64,000 bases of DNA, taken from Candidatus Kaiserbacteria bacterium. GTDB taxonomy: Bacteria > Patescibacteriota > Minisyncoccia > Phycocordibacterales > UBA2100. The first letter of the stretch is position 1. Each line of letters starts with the position of its first letter. Where the stretch lies: positions 28,010 through 92,009 of the forward strand of contig JAQBRI010000009.1 in assembly GCA_028286585.1 (NCBI GenBank). The letters are read 5' to 3'. Shown in pieces: positions 1 to 9,325 of the stretch. A program made the translations under genes and the position numbers. The notes below the pieces were generated by a model. It ran no database searches. It was given only the letters and a program-made list of their open reading frames with translations, and had not been told where the DNA came from.

Positions 1-1
1 T

Positions 2-415
2 TCTGCACAAACAACAGCAGTTGTAACAGAGGCAACTACAACTTCGGGTACAATCGTTACACAACCACAAGGCACTTCTACTACTGGTAGTACTCCCCCT
101 ACTCCAACTCCGACCCCTAAGCCAGTTTCAATATATAAGGATGGTAGTTTTACGGGCGACAACGTTGACGCTGTGTACGGTCCAATGCAGGTAACTGCAG
201 TCATTTCGGGTGGCAAACTGACCGCAGTAACCATACTAAAAAAGCCAACTGGCCGAGGTGAGACAGATCAGATCAATGGAGCGGCATTGCCTACGCTTGT
301 TCAAGAATCAATTACTGCACAAAGTGCGAATGTTGACGGAGTTTCTGGCGCAACACAATCATCTGACGGTTTTAAAAGCTCTCTAACTTCTGCTCTTGTA
401 AAGGCAAAAGCATAA
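2..415 (+). CDS. FMN-binding domain protein (5' partial, continues upstream of window); Thr/Pro-rich linker then FMN_bind-type domain with covalent-flavinylation motif
   Basis: Open frame from nt 2 with no stop before 415. C-terminal region has VDGVSGATQSSDGF, matching the (S/T)GAT flavinylation-site motif of FMN_bind (NqrC/RnfG-type) domains. Low-complexity TTTSGT..TPPTPTPTP linker typical of secreted/tethered proteins. Confidence 0.55.
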   Translation, partial: SAQTTAVVTEATTTSGTIVTQPQGTSTTGSTPPTPTPTPKPVSIYKDGSFTGDNVDAVYGPMQVTAVISGGKLTAVTILKKPTGRGETDQINGAALPTLVQESITAQSANVDGVSGATQSSDGFKSSLTSALVKAKA

Positions 416-428
416 TAACTGCAAAAGT

Positions 429-1967
429 TTGAAACAATTTATCACCATGTCTTATATCGATTTCTTTTTAAATAAGATAACGATGTACAGTCTGGTTTTG
501 TACTATCTGCTTACGCTTCTTGGTGTTGCAATAATCGAGAGTTTCTTACATATACTTTCGTATGATCCGCTCTACATTTTACTTTCTGCAATCTTTTTGA
601 GTGCAGTATGCTGGGGAACAAATCGCCTCTGCGCATACATCTGGAAGATTCCGGCAAACGCTGAGTCGTCGATCATCACGGCACTTATTATTGCGCTTAT
701 CGTAACGCCGGTTGCACCAATGATATCGTTTTTTCCGCTTCTTTGGATGGGAATATTGTCACAGGTAAGTAAATACATCCTTACGGTCCGCGGAAAGCAT
801 ATATTTAATCCGGTAGCTGTTGGAGTGGCACTGGTGGGCATATTGCTTGGCTCATACGCCTCATGGTGGGTTGGCGGGACAATCTATCTTATGCCGTTTG
901 TCATTATTGGCGGTCTGCTGATCGTTAGAAAAATTCATCGGTTTGATATGGTGCTGGTCTATATTGTTGTATCAATAGTCGTGGGACTTATTCCAACAAT
1001 TGTCCAAGCAGGTGACATTCCAAACATAGCGCTGCGTCTTGTAGAACACACGCCAATATTCTTTTTTGCCTTTATCATGCTCACTGAGCCGCTCACGACT
1101 CCGCCGCGAAGAGCTGCACGCATGACGTATGCAACAATTATTGCAGCACTTGCAGCACCATGGGTGCACTTTGGAGAGTTTATTTATTTCACTCCGGAAA
1201 CGGCACTCCTTGCCGGTAATGTTTTTTCATATTTTATGAGTTCCCCATTCAAAAAACTGGCAACTCTTACGCAAATCAACCAAATCTCACGCGGTACGTA
1301 CGAGTATGTATTTGATGCGCAGGCAAAATTTCTTCCTGGGCAATATGCAGAATGGACAATTCACACCAAACACGATGACTCACGCGGTAATCGACGATAC
1401 TTTACTATCGCATCCTCACCTGCCGAAGGCGATCTTCGTATTGGCGTCAAAGTCTACGACAAACCCAGCACCTACAAACAGTCGCTGATGCAGCTCAAAG
1501 TTGGTGACACGATTCTTGCTGGCAGTATCGCAGGAGATTTTACAATGCCGCATGATACAACTCAAAAAATAGCTTTCATTGCGGGCGGCATTGGCATCAC
1601 ACCATTTCGAAGTATGGTGCAGCATATGATTGATACGCAGCAAAAACGCGATGCAGTTCTTTTGTATTCAAATCGCTCGGAGGACGAAATTGCCTATTAC
1701 GACTTCTTTCAAAATGCCTCCAATGTCTTGTCTCCTTCGTTTCGAGTGATACATACGCTCACCGACCCAGGAATATCAAACACATGGAATGGTGAAAAAG
1801 GTTTTATCGATGGCGCATTTATCGAGCGCACCGTGCCAGACTACAAAGAAAGAAAGTTTTATATTTCGGGCCCGCAAGGAATGGTCTCGGCGTGTCTTTC
1901 GGCACTTCTTAAGTTAGGAGTACCTCGTACAAATATTCACACCGACTACTTTCCCGGCTTTGCATAA
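429..1967 (+). CDS. Polytopic membrane protein fused to C-terminal ferredoxin-NADP reductase-type FAD/NAD(P)-binding oxidoreductase module
   Basis: N-terminal ~300 aa are hydrophobic with about 7-8 predicted TM segments and several conserved His. The C-terminal half has RYFTIASSP (RxYS FAD-binding motif of the FNR superfamily) and GGIGITPFRSM (GGxGxxP NAD(P)-binding motif). Confidence 0.6.
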   Translation: MKQFITMSYIDFFLNKITMYSLVLYYLLTLLGVAIIESFLHILSYDPLYILLSAIFLSAVCWGTNRLCAYIWKIPANAESSIITALIIALIVTPVAPMISFFPLLWMGILSQVSKYILTVRGKHIFNPVAVGVALVGILLGSYASWWVGGTIYLMPFVIIGGLLIVRKIHRFDMVLVYIVVSIVVGLIPTIVQAGDIPNIALRLVEHTPIFFFAFIMLTEPLTTPPRRAARMTYATIIAALAAPWVHFGEFIYFTPETALLAGNVFSYFMSSPFKKLATLTQINQISRGTYEYVFDAQAKFLPGQYAEWTIHTKHDDSRGNRRYFTIASSPAEGDLRIGVKVYDKPSTYKQSLMQLKVGDTILAGSIAGDFTMPHDTTQKIAFIAGGIGITPFRSMVQHMIDTQQKRDAVLLYSNRSEDEIAYYDFFQNASNVLSPSFRVIHTLTDPGISNTWNGEKGFIDGAFIERTVPDYKERKFYISGPQGMVSACLSALLKLGVPRTNIHTDYFPGFA

Positions 1968-1985
1968 TACATTTGCTTAACTGTA

Positions 1986-2648
1986 TTAGTGAACCATTCC
2001 CGGCAGCATCATGCGCGGTATTACTCCTTGCGGCTGTCCTCCGTTTACACATTCTTGATTGATGAAATCACGAGTGAGCGGGCCCATAAATCCAGTTGGG
2101 GTCGTAATACCAAATTTTGCTTGGAATCGCATCACAGCACTCTTGGTAACAGGACCAAAGTAACCGGTAATGGCGCTTTTTGGAAATACTGGATCATTTT
2201 CAAAAATGATCTGTTGTAATCTTTTTATATCTTCTCCCTGCATTCCGATTCCTATGGCGCGATCAAATTGTTTGCATTGAAAAGCTGCCGGGACAACCGG
2301 AGGCATTGCGTCTGCGACAGCCGGGGTCGAAGTACCTATTCCGCCAAGCGCCATCACTTGCTGAACAAGAGCGGAAAGCTGTTTTTTAAGAATATCAATT
2401 TGAGAAAGGAGAACATTAATCTGCGTCGTTGTTGCGGAAACTGGAGTTGTCGAAGCGGTCGATGTTGCAAGCGTGAGCGTTGTCGAGGCCGTAATAGTGT
2501 CTGTCGCTACTGTTGTCTGTGCCCACGTGTGACCAGGTAGTACTATCGCAGAAATAATCACTAGTAAAGAAAGTGTTGCATGAATTTTGCTTTGCATATA
2601 CGTAAGTATACCTCTTGCCGCGCCATTTGGTATACTGATACATATCAA
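1986..2648 (-). CDS. Secreted Thr-rich protein with coiled segment and C-terminal peptidoglycan-binding (PG_binding_1-like) domain
   Basis: Signal peptide-like N-terminus (MQSKIHATLSLLVIISAIVLPGHTWAQT), TAST-rich low complexity, and C-terminal motif ITGYFGPVTKSAVMRFQAKFGITTPTGFMGPLT typical of PG-binding domain. Confidence 0.5.
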   Translation of the reverse strand: MICISIPNGAARGILTYMQSKIHATLSLLVIISAIVLPGHTWAQTTVATDTITASTTLTLATSTASTTPVSATTTQINVLLSQIDILKKQLSALVQQVMALGGIGTSTPAVADAMPPVVPAAFQCKQFDRAIGIGMQGEDIKRLQQIIFENDPVFPKSAITGYFGPVTKSAVMRFQAKFGITTPTGFMGPLTRDFINQECVNGGQPQGVIPRMMLPGMVH

Positions 2649-2664
2649 TTAACCTTTTCTTTGT

Positions 2665-3432
2665 ATGATTTCAACACAAATTCTCCTGGGTATCGGTATT
2701 GTAGTCGTTTTGTATGCAATGAGCTGTATTCGAATTTTGCAGCAGTATCAGCGTGGCGTCATCTTTACGCTCGGTAAATTTACCGGAGTGCGAGATGCTG
2801 GGTTTCAATTACTTTTTACTCCATTCCAAACGATGACTCGTATATCGCTTCGCACCGTCACAATGCAAATTCCATCACAAAAAATAATTACAAAAGATAA
2901 CGTATCGATAGATATTGCAGCAGTCGCTTATTACAAAATTTCTGATCCAGAAAAGTCAGTTATAGCGATCGAAGACGTATACGGTGCAATCAATCAAATC
3001 AGTCAAACAACCGTTCGCAACGTAATTGGCCGATTCAGTCTTGATCAGCTGCTTGCAGAAACGGGCAAAATAAATGAACAGATCAAAACAGTTATCGATG
3101 TACATACCGAGGCGTGGGGCGTTTCGGTTACTGCGGTAGAAATAAAAGACATAACTCTTCCCGACAACATGCAGCGTGCCATGGCCAAAGAAGCCGAGGC
3201 AGAGCGTGAGCGCCGAGCAAAGATTGTTGCAGCCGAAGGAGAGTTTCAGGCTGCGAGTAAACTTGCCGATGCCGCAGACGTGATTAGTAAGCACCCTGTT
3301 GCACTGCAGCTGCGAACGCTCCAGACGATGGCAGAAATCGCAACAGAGAAAAATTCTACTATTATCTTCCCTGCTCAATTTATGAGTACGGTACAAGATG
3401 CATTTGCGACAATCGCAAAGGACCAAAAGTAG
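2665..3432 (+). CDS. SPFH/band-7 (stomatin/prohibitin/HflC-like) membrane protein
   Basis: N-terminal TM helix, then QRGVIFTLGKF..AVAYYKISDPEKSV..AMAKEAEAERERRAKIVAAEGE typical of SPFH domain plus coiled-coil. Confidence 0.8.
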   Translation: MISTQILLGIGIVVVLYAMSCIRILQQYQRGVIFTLGKFTGVRDAGFQLLFTPFQTMTRISLRTVTMQIPSQKIITKDNVSIDIAAVAYYKISDPEKSVIAIEDVYGAINQISQTTVRNVIGRFSLDQLLAETGKINEQIKTVIDVHTEAWGVSVTAVEIKDITLPDNMQRAMAKEAEAERERRAKIVAAEGEFQAASKLADAADVISKHPVALQLRTLQTMAEIATEKNSTIIFPAQFMSTVQDAFATIAKDQK

Positions 3433-3445
3433 TTGTCATTATCAA

Positions 3446-3474
3446 GCCCCGCACTTCGCGGGGCTTTTTGTTTT
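3446..3474 (+). terminator. Rho-independent terminator after SPFH gene
   Basis: GCCCCGC-acttc-GCGGGGC stem-loop followed by TTTTTGTTTT. Confidence 0.7.
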
Positions 3475-3535
3475 GTAGACGCGTCATACAGAATGCGCTA
3501 GTATCAAAAGAGGAACTGTAAAGTGGAGTATATTC

Positions 3536-3931
3536 ATGCGTATCCGTGTAAACAAAGACCAAAGAGATGCGAGCAATATTTTGGCTCTCCGGCTTACCGA
3601 AATGGGATATTTAATATTCCCCGTCGCGCCGTGGTATCGCAGGCACCATCTCGATCGCATCGCTATTTCAAAGTCGCAACAGCAATTTTTCTTTGTCTTT
3701 CGTCCGATGCGAAACGGAACAATTACGGTACGGCCATATAGCTATCACGGCAACGCCCCAATCCGTGACATGGTAAAGTCGCTCGGTATGGAGCAAACGA
3801 TCCGCTGCTGGAATCGCGCCCTTCCCAAGCTGAAAGATGGTGAGACGTGGTCAACATATCTTTCAAAAAGCGATGTTGTTACGTACTCGAGAATCATGGG
3901 CATGAGTCCGAGTGTGCGCAAAGCTGCATAA
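3536..3931 (+). CDS. Hypothetical protein (131 aa)
   Basis: ORF with upstream AAGAGGAA-like purine-rich tract, followed by terminator; no recognisable motifs. Confidence 0.35.
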   Translation: MRIRVNKDQRDASNILALRLTEMGYLIFPVAPWYRRHHLDRIAISKSQQQFFFVFRPMRNGTITVRPYSYHGNAPIRDMVKSLGMEQTIRCWNRALPKLKDGETWSTYLSKSDVVTYSRIMGMSPSVRKAA

Positions 3932-3938
3932 CTTACAA

Positions 3939-3959
3939 GCGGGAACCTTCCCGCTTTTT
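3939..3959 (+). terminator. Rho-independent terminator
   Basis: GCGGGAA-cc-TTCCCGC hairpin followed by TTTTT. Confidence 0.65.
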
Positions 3960-4065
3960 GACTGTATTTCGAAATTACAAATGTAATACTTTGAATATGT
4001 ATCCGAAACGTAAATATGATATAATTACTTATAACAAGTTTTATTAGTTTCTAAATAATGTTTTT

Positions 4066-4608
4066 ATGTCACAAACGAACCTATACACCGTTACTATTCC
4101 GCCAATGATAAAAGGACTTACTGCCCTTTCAACCATTCTTGATAAAGCCGAAAGCTTTGCTGAGGCTCACAAGCTTAGCTGGATGTCATTTGACGAGGCA
4201 CTTCTGAATGATCGTATTGTATTTACTCAGTTTCCATTTGTACGCCAAGTACAGCTCGCATGTGATCATGCAAAGGGCGGTGCAGGACGGCTTGCACAAG
4301 TCGAGGTACCAAAGCATGAGGATACAGAAAAGACTTTTGCAGAACTAAAAGCTCGCATCGCAAAGACTCTCGAGTTTGTACAAAGCATCAAGCCAGAACA
4401 AGTAATTGGCAAAGAAGACATCAGCGTTACATTGGCATTTTTCCCAGACAAATACCTCACCGGTTTTGACTATGCTATCGAATACCTCATGCCAAACTTT
4501 ATGTTCCACCTTACTACTGCATACTCAATCCTCCGCAAAAATGGAATGGAGATTGGTAAAGTCGACTTTGTCGGTACAATGCCATTTAAAGAACTAGCAA
4601 AAGCATAA
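4066..4608 (+). CDS. DUF1993-like conserved hypothetical protein
   Basis: N-terminus MSQTNLYTVTIPPMIKGLTALSTILDKAESFAEAHK resembles the conserved start of DUF1993 family proteins (about 170-180 aa); this is recalled from memory, not verified. Confidence 0.4.
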   Translation: MSQTNLYTVTIPPMIKGLTALSTILDKAESFAEAHKLSWMSFDEALLNDRIVFTQFPFVRQVQLACDHAKGGAGRLAQVEVPKHEDTEKTFAELKARIAKTLEFVQSIKPEQVIGKEDISVTLAFFPDKYLTGFDYAIEYLMPNFMFHLTTAYSILRKNGMEIGKVDFVGTMPFKELAKA

Positions 4609-4610
4609 TC

Positions 4611-5360
4611 ATGGACGCACTCAAAATTCAAAACGTAACCAAGACCTATAACAACGGAGTTGTTGCTCTTAAAAACACAACCCTCACGATTCCAGCGGGT
4701 GACTTTTTTGCACTCCTTGGCCCAAACGGTGCTGGCAAAACCACGCTCATTGGTATCGCCTCTGGTCTCGTCAACAAAACAAGCGGCAGCGTCGAAGTGT
4801 TTGGCTACGATACAGACAAGCAAACAGAAATGGCAAAAACCCAAATCGGACTTGTAGGACAAGAAATAAACTTTAATCCATTTGAGAAACCAATCGATAT
4901 CGTTGTAAACCAGGGCGGCTATTATGGAATACCACGCGATGTTGCTATTCCTCGTGCAGAAACATTACTCAAAGACCTCGGACTTGGTGAAAAAATGAAC
5001 GATAAGGCAATGGCGCTCTCTGGAGGAATGAAGCGCCGACTCATGATCGCACGCGCATTGATTCACAAACCAAAATTTTTGATACTTGATGAACCTACAG
5101 CCGGAGTCGACGTTGAATTGCGTCGCGGCATGTGGGACTACCTCAAGCGTCTTACGACCGACGGCGTCACCATCCTTCTCACAACGCATTATCTCGAAGA
5201 AGCAGAGCAGCTTGCAAAGCATGTGGCTATCATTCGCAAGGGTGAGATTGTAGCCAACGGCACCATGGACGAAATTCTAGCGCTCGGCAAAGACACGTAT
5301 ACTGCAGGAGACTTTAATGGAGGACGCCTTGAGCAAGTCTTTATCGAACTAACCAAATAA
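4611..5360 (+). CDS. ABC transporter ATP-binding protein
   Basis: Walker A GPNGAGKTT, ABC signature LSGGMKRR, Walker B FLILDEPTAGVD, H-loop TTHYLEEA. Confidence 0.9.
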   Translation: MDALKIQNVTKTYNNGVVALKNTTLTIPAGDFFALLGPNGAGKTTLIGIASGLVNKTSGSVEVFGYDTDKQTEMAKTQIGLVGQEINFNPFEKPIDIVVNQGGYYGIPRDVAIPRAETLLKDLGLGEKMNDKAMALSGGMKRRLMIARALIHKPKFLILDEPTAGVDVELRRGMWDYLKRLTTDGVTILLTTHYLEEAEQLAKHVAIIRKGEIVANGTMDEILALGKDTYTAGDFNGGRLEQVFIELTK

Positions 5361-5365
5361 GTATC

Positions 5366-6148
5366 ATGACACCATATCAACTCTGGACATCGTTCTATAC
5401 AATGCTTCGCAAAGATGTCGTCCGCATGTTTCGTATTTGGGTACAGACATTTTTGCCTTCTGTCATCACCTCGACACTCTACTTTGTCGTCTTTGGTACC
5501 GTTCTTGGATCACGCATTGGTACCATGGGCGGAGTAAAGTACATGGAATTTGTCGTGCCAGGACTTGTGATGCTCGCGATCGTTACGACGTCTTATGCAA
5601 ACACCTCATTCACATTTTTCTCCTCTAAATTCTTTGCTCGTTCAATCGACGAAATCCTCGTCTCACCTACCCCACCTTGGCTTATGATCGCTGGATTTGT
5701 AAGTGGCGGGATTGTCCGCGGCGTACTCGTTGGTTCGATCGTGCTCGCCGTATCGCTCTTTTTCACGGGGCTTGGAATTTCGATTCACAGTCTTTTGATT
5801 ATGCTTGGATTCGCCGTACTTACCTCGCTCGTGTTTGCACTTGCTGGACTGGTAAACGGAATTTACGCTAAATCAATTGATGGCATTAACATTGTTCCGA
5901 CATTTATTCTCACGCCGCTTGTATACCTTGGCGGAGTATTCTATTCGGTACATTCACTTCCAGCAGCATGGCAGCCGGTGGTCTATATAAACCCAATATT
6001 TTATCTCATCAATGGTTTTCGCTATGGCTTTATGGGTGTTGCAGATATTCCTATCGCTGTCTCACTTGCTGTTCTTGCGGCACTGGTTGTGTTACTGGTT
6101 GGAATCAACTGGTACCTTATTCGCACTGGCCTAGGACTAAAACAATAA
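5366..6148 (+). CDS. ABC-2 type transporter permease
   Basis: About 6 TM segments, immediately downstream of the ABC ATPase (5-bp spacer); ABC-2 permease-like hydrophobic profile. Confidence 0.75.
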   Translation: MTPYQLWTSFYTMLRKDVVRMFRIWVQTFLPSVITSTLYFVVFGTVLGSRIGTMGGVKYMEFVVPGLVMLAIVTTSYANTSFTFFSSKFFARSIDEILVSPTPPWLMIAGFVSGGIVRGVLVGSIVLAVSLFFTGLGISIHSLLIMLGFAVLTSLVFALAGLVNGIYAKSIDGINIVPTFILTPLVYLGGVFYSVHSLPAAWQPVVYINPIFYLINGFRYGFMGVADIPIAVSLAVLAALVVLLVGINWYLIRTGLGLKQ

Positions 6149-6158
6149 CTCTACAAAT

Positions 6159-6482
6159 ATGCCCGAAAAACCAAAGATAATTCAATTTCCTACTGAGCGC
6201 ACAAAAGAAGGACGCGAAAAAACAGCTGCTCGAAAAGAGGCCGTGCAAAATATACTTCTTTCTATTTCACCAAGCGCAATGCAACAACAAATGATACCGG
6301 GTAGTGCCGAAATATACACGAGAGAATTCGCCCAAATGAGTGAAGCCGAACTAGAGCAGTGGGTCGACGAATATTGTATTGATAAACCACTCGACTCTGC
6401 TGGACGAACATTCGATGATCAGGCACGAATAATGATCGGCGCAACCGAATACTTGCTACGACAGGCACAGAAAAATCAATAG
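6159..6482 (+). CDS. Hypothetical protein (107 aa)
   Basis: ORF tightly spaced after permease; no motifs recognised. Confidence 0.3.
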   Translation: MPEKPKIIQFPTERTKEGREKTAARKEAVQNILLSISPSAMQQQMIPGSAEIYTREFAQMSEAELEQWVDEYCIDKPLDSAGRTFDDQARIMIGATEYLLRQAQKNQ

Positions 6483-6484
6483 GG

Positions 6485-6997
6485 CTACCTCTCCAGATCA
6501 ATCCAATGATACTTAAGCCCGTTCCATTCACGGTCTTCTTTGTTCACCACATGCGTAAATTGTTCCTCATATCGAGGAAAGAAAGAATCTCCTTCTTTAT
6601 CATCATCAATCAGTGTGAGATATAGCTTGTCGACAAGCGGCAATGCTTGCGCGTAGACCTGCCCACCACCGATAACGAATATTTCGCTGTTCTCCATAGT
6701 TTTTGCGAGCTCAATTCCCTCTTTTACAGAATGGACCACATGCACATCAGGGTACGACCATGCTGAGTCGCGAGTGATTACAATGTTCGGCCTGTCTGGC
6801 AATGCCTTATGAAGATAGCTAACGATCGAATCGAATGTTTTTCGTCCCATAATCACAGGGTGTCCTTTTGTTAGTTGTTTAAACCGCTTCAGATCATCTG
6901 GGATGTGCCACAAGAGCTGATTATCCTTTCCAAGCACATGATTATGCACGCGACCATTTCCCACTGCTACAACGATACTGATTTTTGGTTTGTTCAT
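6485..6997 (-). CDS. folA: Dihydrofolate reductase
   Basis: ISIVVAVGNGRVHNHVLGKDNQLLWHIPDDLKRFKQLTKGHPVIMGRKTFDSI matches the DHFR N-terminal signature; about 170 aa. Confidence 0.85.
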   Translation of the reverse strand: MNKPKISIVVAVGNGRVHNHVLGKDNQLLWHIPDDLKRFKQLTKGHPVIMGRKTFDSIVSYLHKALPDRPNIVITRDSAWSYPDVHVVHSVKEGIELAKTMENSEIFVIGGGQVYAQALPLVDKLYLTLIDDDKEGDSFFPRYEEQFTHVVNKEDREWNGLKYHWIDLER

Positions 6998-6999
6998 AT

Positions 7000-7707
7000 T
7001 TATTTTGTTTTTAACACGTGTTCAAACAAAGGAGCATATACATCCTCTGCAATATCAATCGCCAGTTCGCTTTTATCAACTGTATCAACATATTCAATCG
7101 TAGCACTTGTAATTATCGCAAGTGGCTGTTGCTCCTTCCCCTCTCCCATTTCAAGAACGGCAGCGGTTGCAAGTGCATCAGCTACATCGGTACGCGATAA
7201 TTTAAGAAGGCGACCAAATATATCCGGGGTTTCGCGGTAGTCGCGTACACCCTTAAACCCGGCATAACCAAGCGCAACTCCTACCACTCCGGCACGTAGA
7301 GGAAATAGTCGACTGTCAGTAATCAATATTCCCAAATTTTGAATGTTGTAATGTTTTTTTAATTCACTACGCAGGCCTTCTGCTGCAATGTAACTATCCT
7401 TAGGAAGTAAAATTAATTTGCCGTCTGCATTCGACTCGTCTACTCCGGCCGAGCACATAACCATTCCATCTTTAATGGTGAGCCACGTGTACTTGGTGCG
7501 CAAAACGAATTCACTCTCTTCTGCAATAATTGCTTCGCGCTCCTCTGGTGAACTACATTCTCGAACCCGCCCTTCGGCAAGAGCGACGATTTTTGAAGTG
7601 ACCACCACAATCGATCCATCTTCTAACTTTGGGATATATTCAGTAATAAACGAGAATAAATCTTCGGATTCCTTAAAAATACGTGTTTTAACAGGTTCTA
7701 TATTCAT
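7000..7707 (-). CDS. CofE-family (F420-0:gamma-glutamyl ligase-like) protein; possible alternative folylpolyglutamate synthase (FolC2-type)
   Basis: GSIVVVTSKIVALAEGRV and CSAGVDESNADGKLILLP resemble CofE family motifs (VVTSKIVSKAEGR, AGIDESN). Immediately adjacent to folA in a folate/dTMP cluster. Confidence 0.55.
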   Translation of the reverse strand: MNIEPVKTRIFKESEDLFSFITEYIPKLEDGSIVVVTSKIVALAEGRVRECSSPEEREAIIAEESEFVLRTKYTWLTIKDGMVMCSAGVDESNADGKLILLPKDSYIAAEGLRSELKKHYNIQNLGILITDSRLFPLRAGVVGVALGYAGFKGVRDYRETPDIFGRLLKLSRTDVADALATAAVLEMGEGKEQQPLAIITSATIEYVDTVDKSELAIDIAEDVYAPLFEHVLKTK

Positions 7708-7737
7708 AGTTTGGGCAAGTTTGCATAGTATATCATT

Positions 7738-8433
7738 TTGAAAATCTTACGATATAATTGCCTAATGGGAATTAACGCCGGCATTTTTGGGGACAAAACA
7801 AGCCTAAAAGATAGATACATTCCGGATCACAAAAAGCTCGGTGAACTTGTAAAACATTGGAAAAAGTTGGGGCTCAAAATTGTGCTTACATCAGGTACCT
7901 ACGACCTCTTTCATGTGGGTCATGCCGAATATCTCGAGCGGGCAAAAGATCTTGGCGATCTCTTGATCGTGGGAGTTGATAGTGACGCAAAGGTACGAGA
8001 GCGTAAAGGTCCTCACAGGCCAGTTGTGCCCGAAGAAGAGCGCGTGCGAATACTTTCACACCTGCGCCATGTTGATGCGATCACGCTCAAACCCGCAAAG
8101 GCAAGACCAAATTCGCTTATACGACTCATCAAGCCCGACGTGCTCGTGCTCTCAAAAAGTACCAAACACGACCCAAAATACATTGCAGAAAAACAACAGT
8201 ATTGCGGATCGATTGTACTGCTGCCTCCGCAGGCAGAAACATCTACAAGTGCAAAGGTGCGTCTTTTGCACGTAAGCGGCGCAGACAAGTTTGCAAAAGA
8301 ACTCGTCCCAAAGCTCTCAACTCTTGTCGAACTCAAACTCATGGATGGATCTCAGTCGCTTGCTCGCGCTATCGCTGCTGACATGCCAAAAATAATGGAA
8401 GATATCTTGCATGAACTCAATAACAAAAAGTAA
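7738..8433 (+). CDS. Cytidylyl/adenylyltransferase-family nucleotidyltransferase (RfaE domain II-like, HxGH motif)
   Basis: KIVLTSGTYDLFHVGHAEYLERAKDLGDLLIVGVDSDAKVRERKG ... KPDVLVL closely parallels D-beta-D-heptose-1-P adenylyltransferase/glycerol-3-P cytidylyltransferase core (CFDxxHxGH). Confidence 0.65.
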   Translation: MKILRYNCLMGINAGIFGDKTSLKDRYIPDHKKLGELVKHWKKLGLKIVLTSGTYDLFHVGHAEYLERAKDLGDLLIVGVDSDAKVRERKGPHRPVVPEEERVRILSHLRHVDAITLKPAKARPNSLIRLIKPDVLVLSKSTKHDPKYIAEKQQYCGSIVLLPPQAETSTSAKVRLLHVSGADKFAKELVPKLSTLVELKLMDGSQSLARAIAADMPKIMEDILHELNNKK

Positions 8434-9265
8434 TGAAAGTGTAATCGTTGCGTACGTACCAGTACTCCACGAAGGGTACCTGCGCTTTTTTCAAAAAAAC
8501 CCGGGTGTAAAAAAAATCTACATTTTGGGTGAGGAAATCATTGCAGATTACAAACCGCTTACAAAAGATATCCGCCAAATTCCCCCAGCGACGATGCAGG
8601 GCCTTGTAACAGCGCTCGGTATCTTTGACTCTGTTGAAGTTTTAGACAAAGATATGGCGCGATCTTTTAATACAAGAGACTTCATCATAATACTTCCTGA
8701 CGAAGACGTAAGTCGCGATGTCGCAGCAGTCTATTTTCCAGACGCAAAAATTCAGTTTGATTCAATATTTTTAATGTGGGACAGGCACAACGCGCTTGCC
8801 GAAAGACCAGTCGTACCAGACGAGCAAATTACTCGAGATGCATTTCATAAACAAATCTTGGAGCAAGCCCAAACCGAGTCCGAAAAATCATCAGACATTT
8901 GGCGGCATGTTGGAGCGGCAATTGTAAAGAATGGAAAGCTTTTGCTCACCGGACACAACGAACACGTTCCTTCGGCACATTCTCAATATGCCCATGGTGA
9001 TCCTCGAAATAACTTTTCAAAAGGTGAATACATAGAATATTCAACAGCGCTTCATGCCGAAGCCGGACTCATTGCAACGGCAGCGAGCCAAGGTATCTCA
9101 CTTGAAGGATCTGACATGTACGTAACAGTATTTCCCTGCCCGCCGTGCGCAAAACTTATCGCGTATGCTGGTATAAAAACATTGTATTGCACGGGAGGAT
9201 ATGCGGTACTCGACGGACAAGATATTCTAAAAAGCCGTAATGTAAAAATAATTTTTGTAGAATAA
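8411..9265 (+). CDS. dCMP deaminase-family protein with about 150-aa N-terminal extension
   Basis: C-terminal HAEAGLIA...TVFPCPPCAKLI is the H(A/C)E...PCxxC zinc-binding signature of CMP/dCMP deaminases. Overlaps upstream gene by 23 bp. Confidence 0.75.
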   Translation: MNSITKSNESVIVAYVPVLHEGYLRFFQKNPGVKKIYILGEEIIADYKPLTKDIRQIPPATMQGLVTALGIFDSVEVLDKDMARSFNTRDFIIILPDEDVSRDVAAVYFPDAKIQFDSIFLMWDRHNALAERPVVPDEQITRDAFHKQILEQAQTESEKSSDIWRHVGAAIVKNGKLLLTGHNEHVPSAHSQYAHGDPRNNFSKGEYIEYSTALHAEAGLIATAASQGISLEGSDMYVTVFPCPPCAKLIAYAGIKTLYCTGGYAVLDGQDILKSRNVKIIFVE

Positions 9266-9266
9266 A

Positions 9267-9288
9267 AGCCGGCAATTGTGCCGGCTTT
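9267..9288 (+). terminator. Putative terminator hairpin after dCMP deaminase
   Basis: AGCCGGCA-attg-TGCCGGCT stem-loop followed by short TTT run. Confidence 0.45.
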
Positions 9289-9325
9289 CGTGTTGATGAT
9301 CAAAGATCAGAATTTGTGAGTATTG

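Noticed and set aside
572-1643. Minus-strand ORFs 572-841, 972-1169, 1416-1643 and the plus-strand ORF 1306-1488 inside the membrane-FNR gene
   Set aside because: They are fully nested in a long ORF with strong motif support (RxYS, GGxGxxP) and have no motifs of their own; typical six-frame noise.
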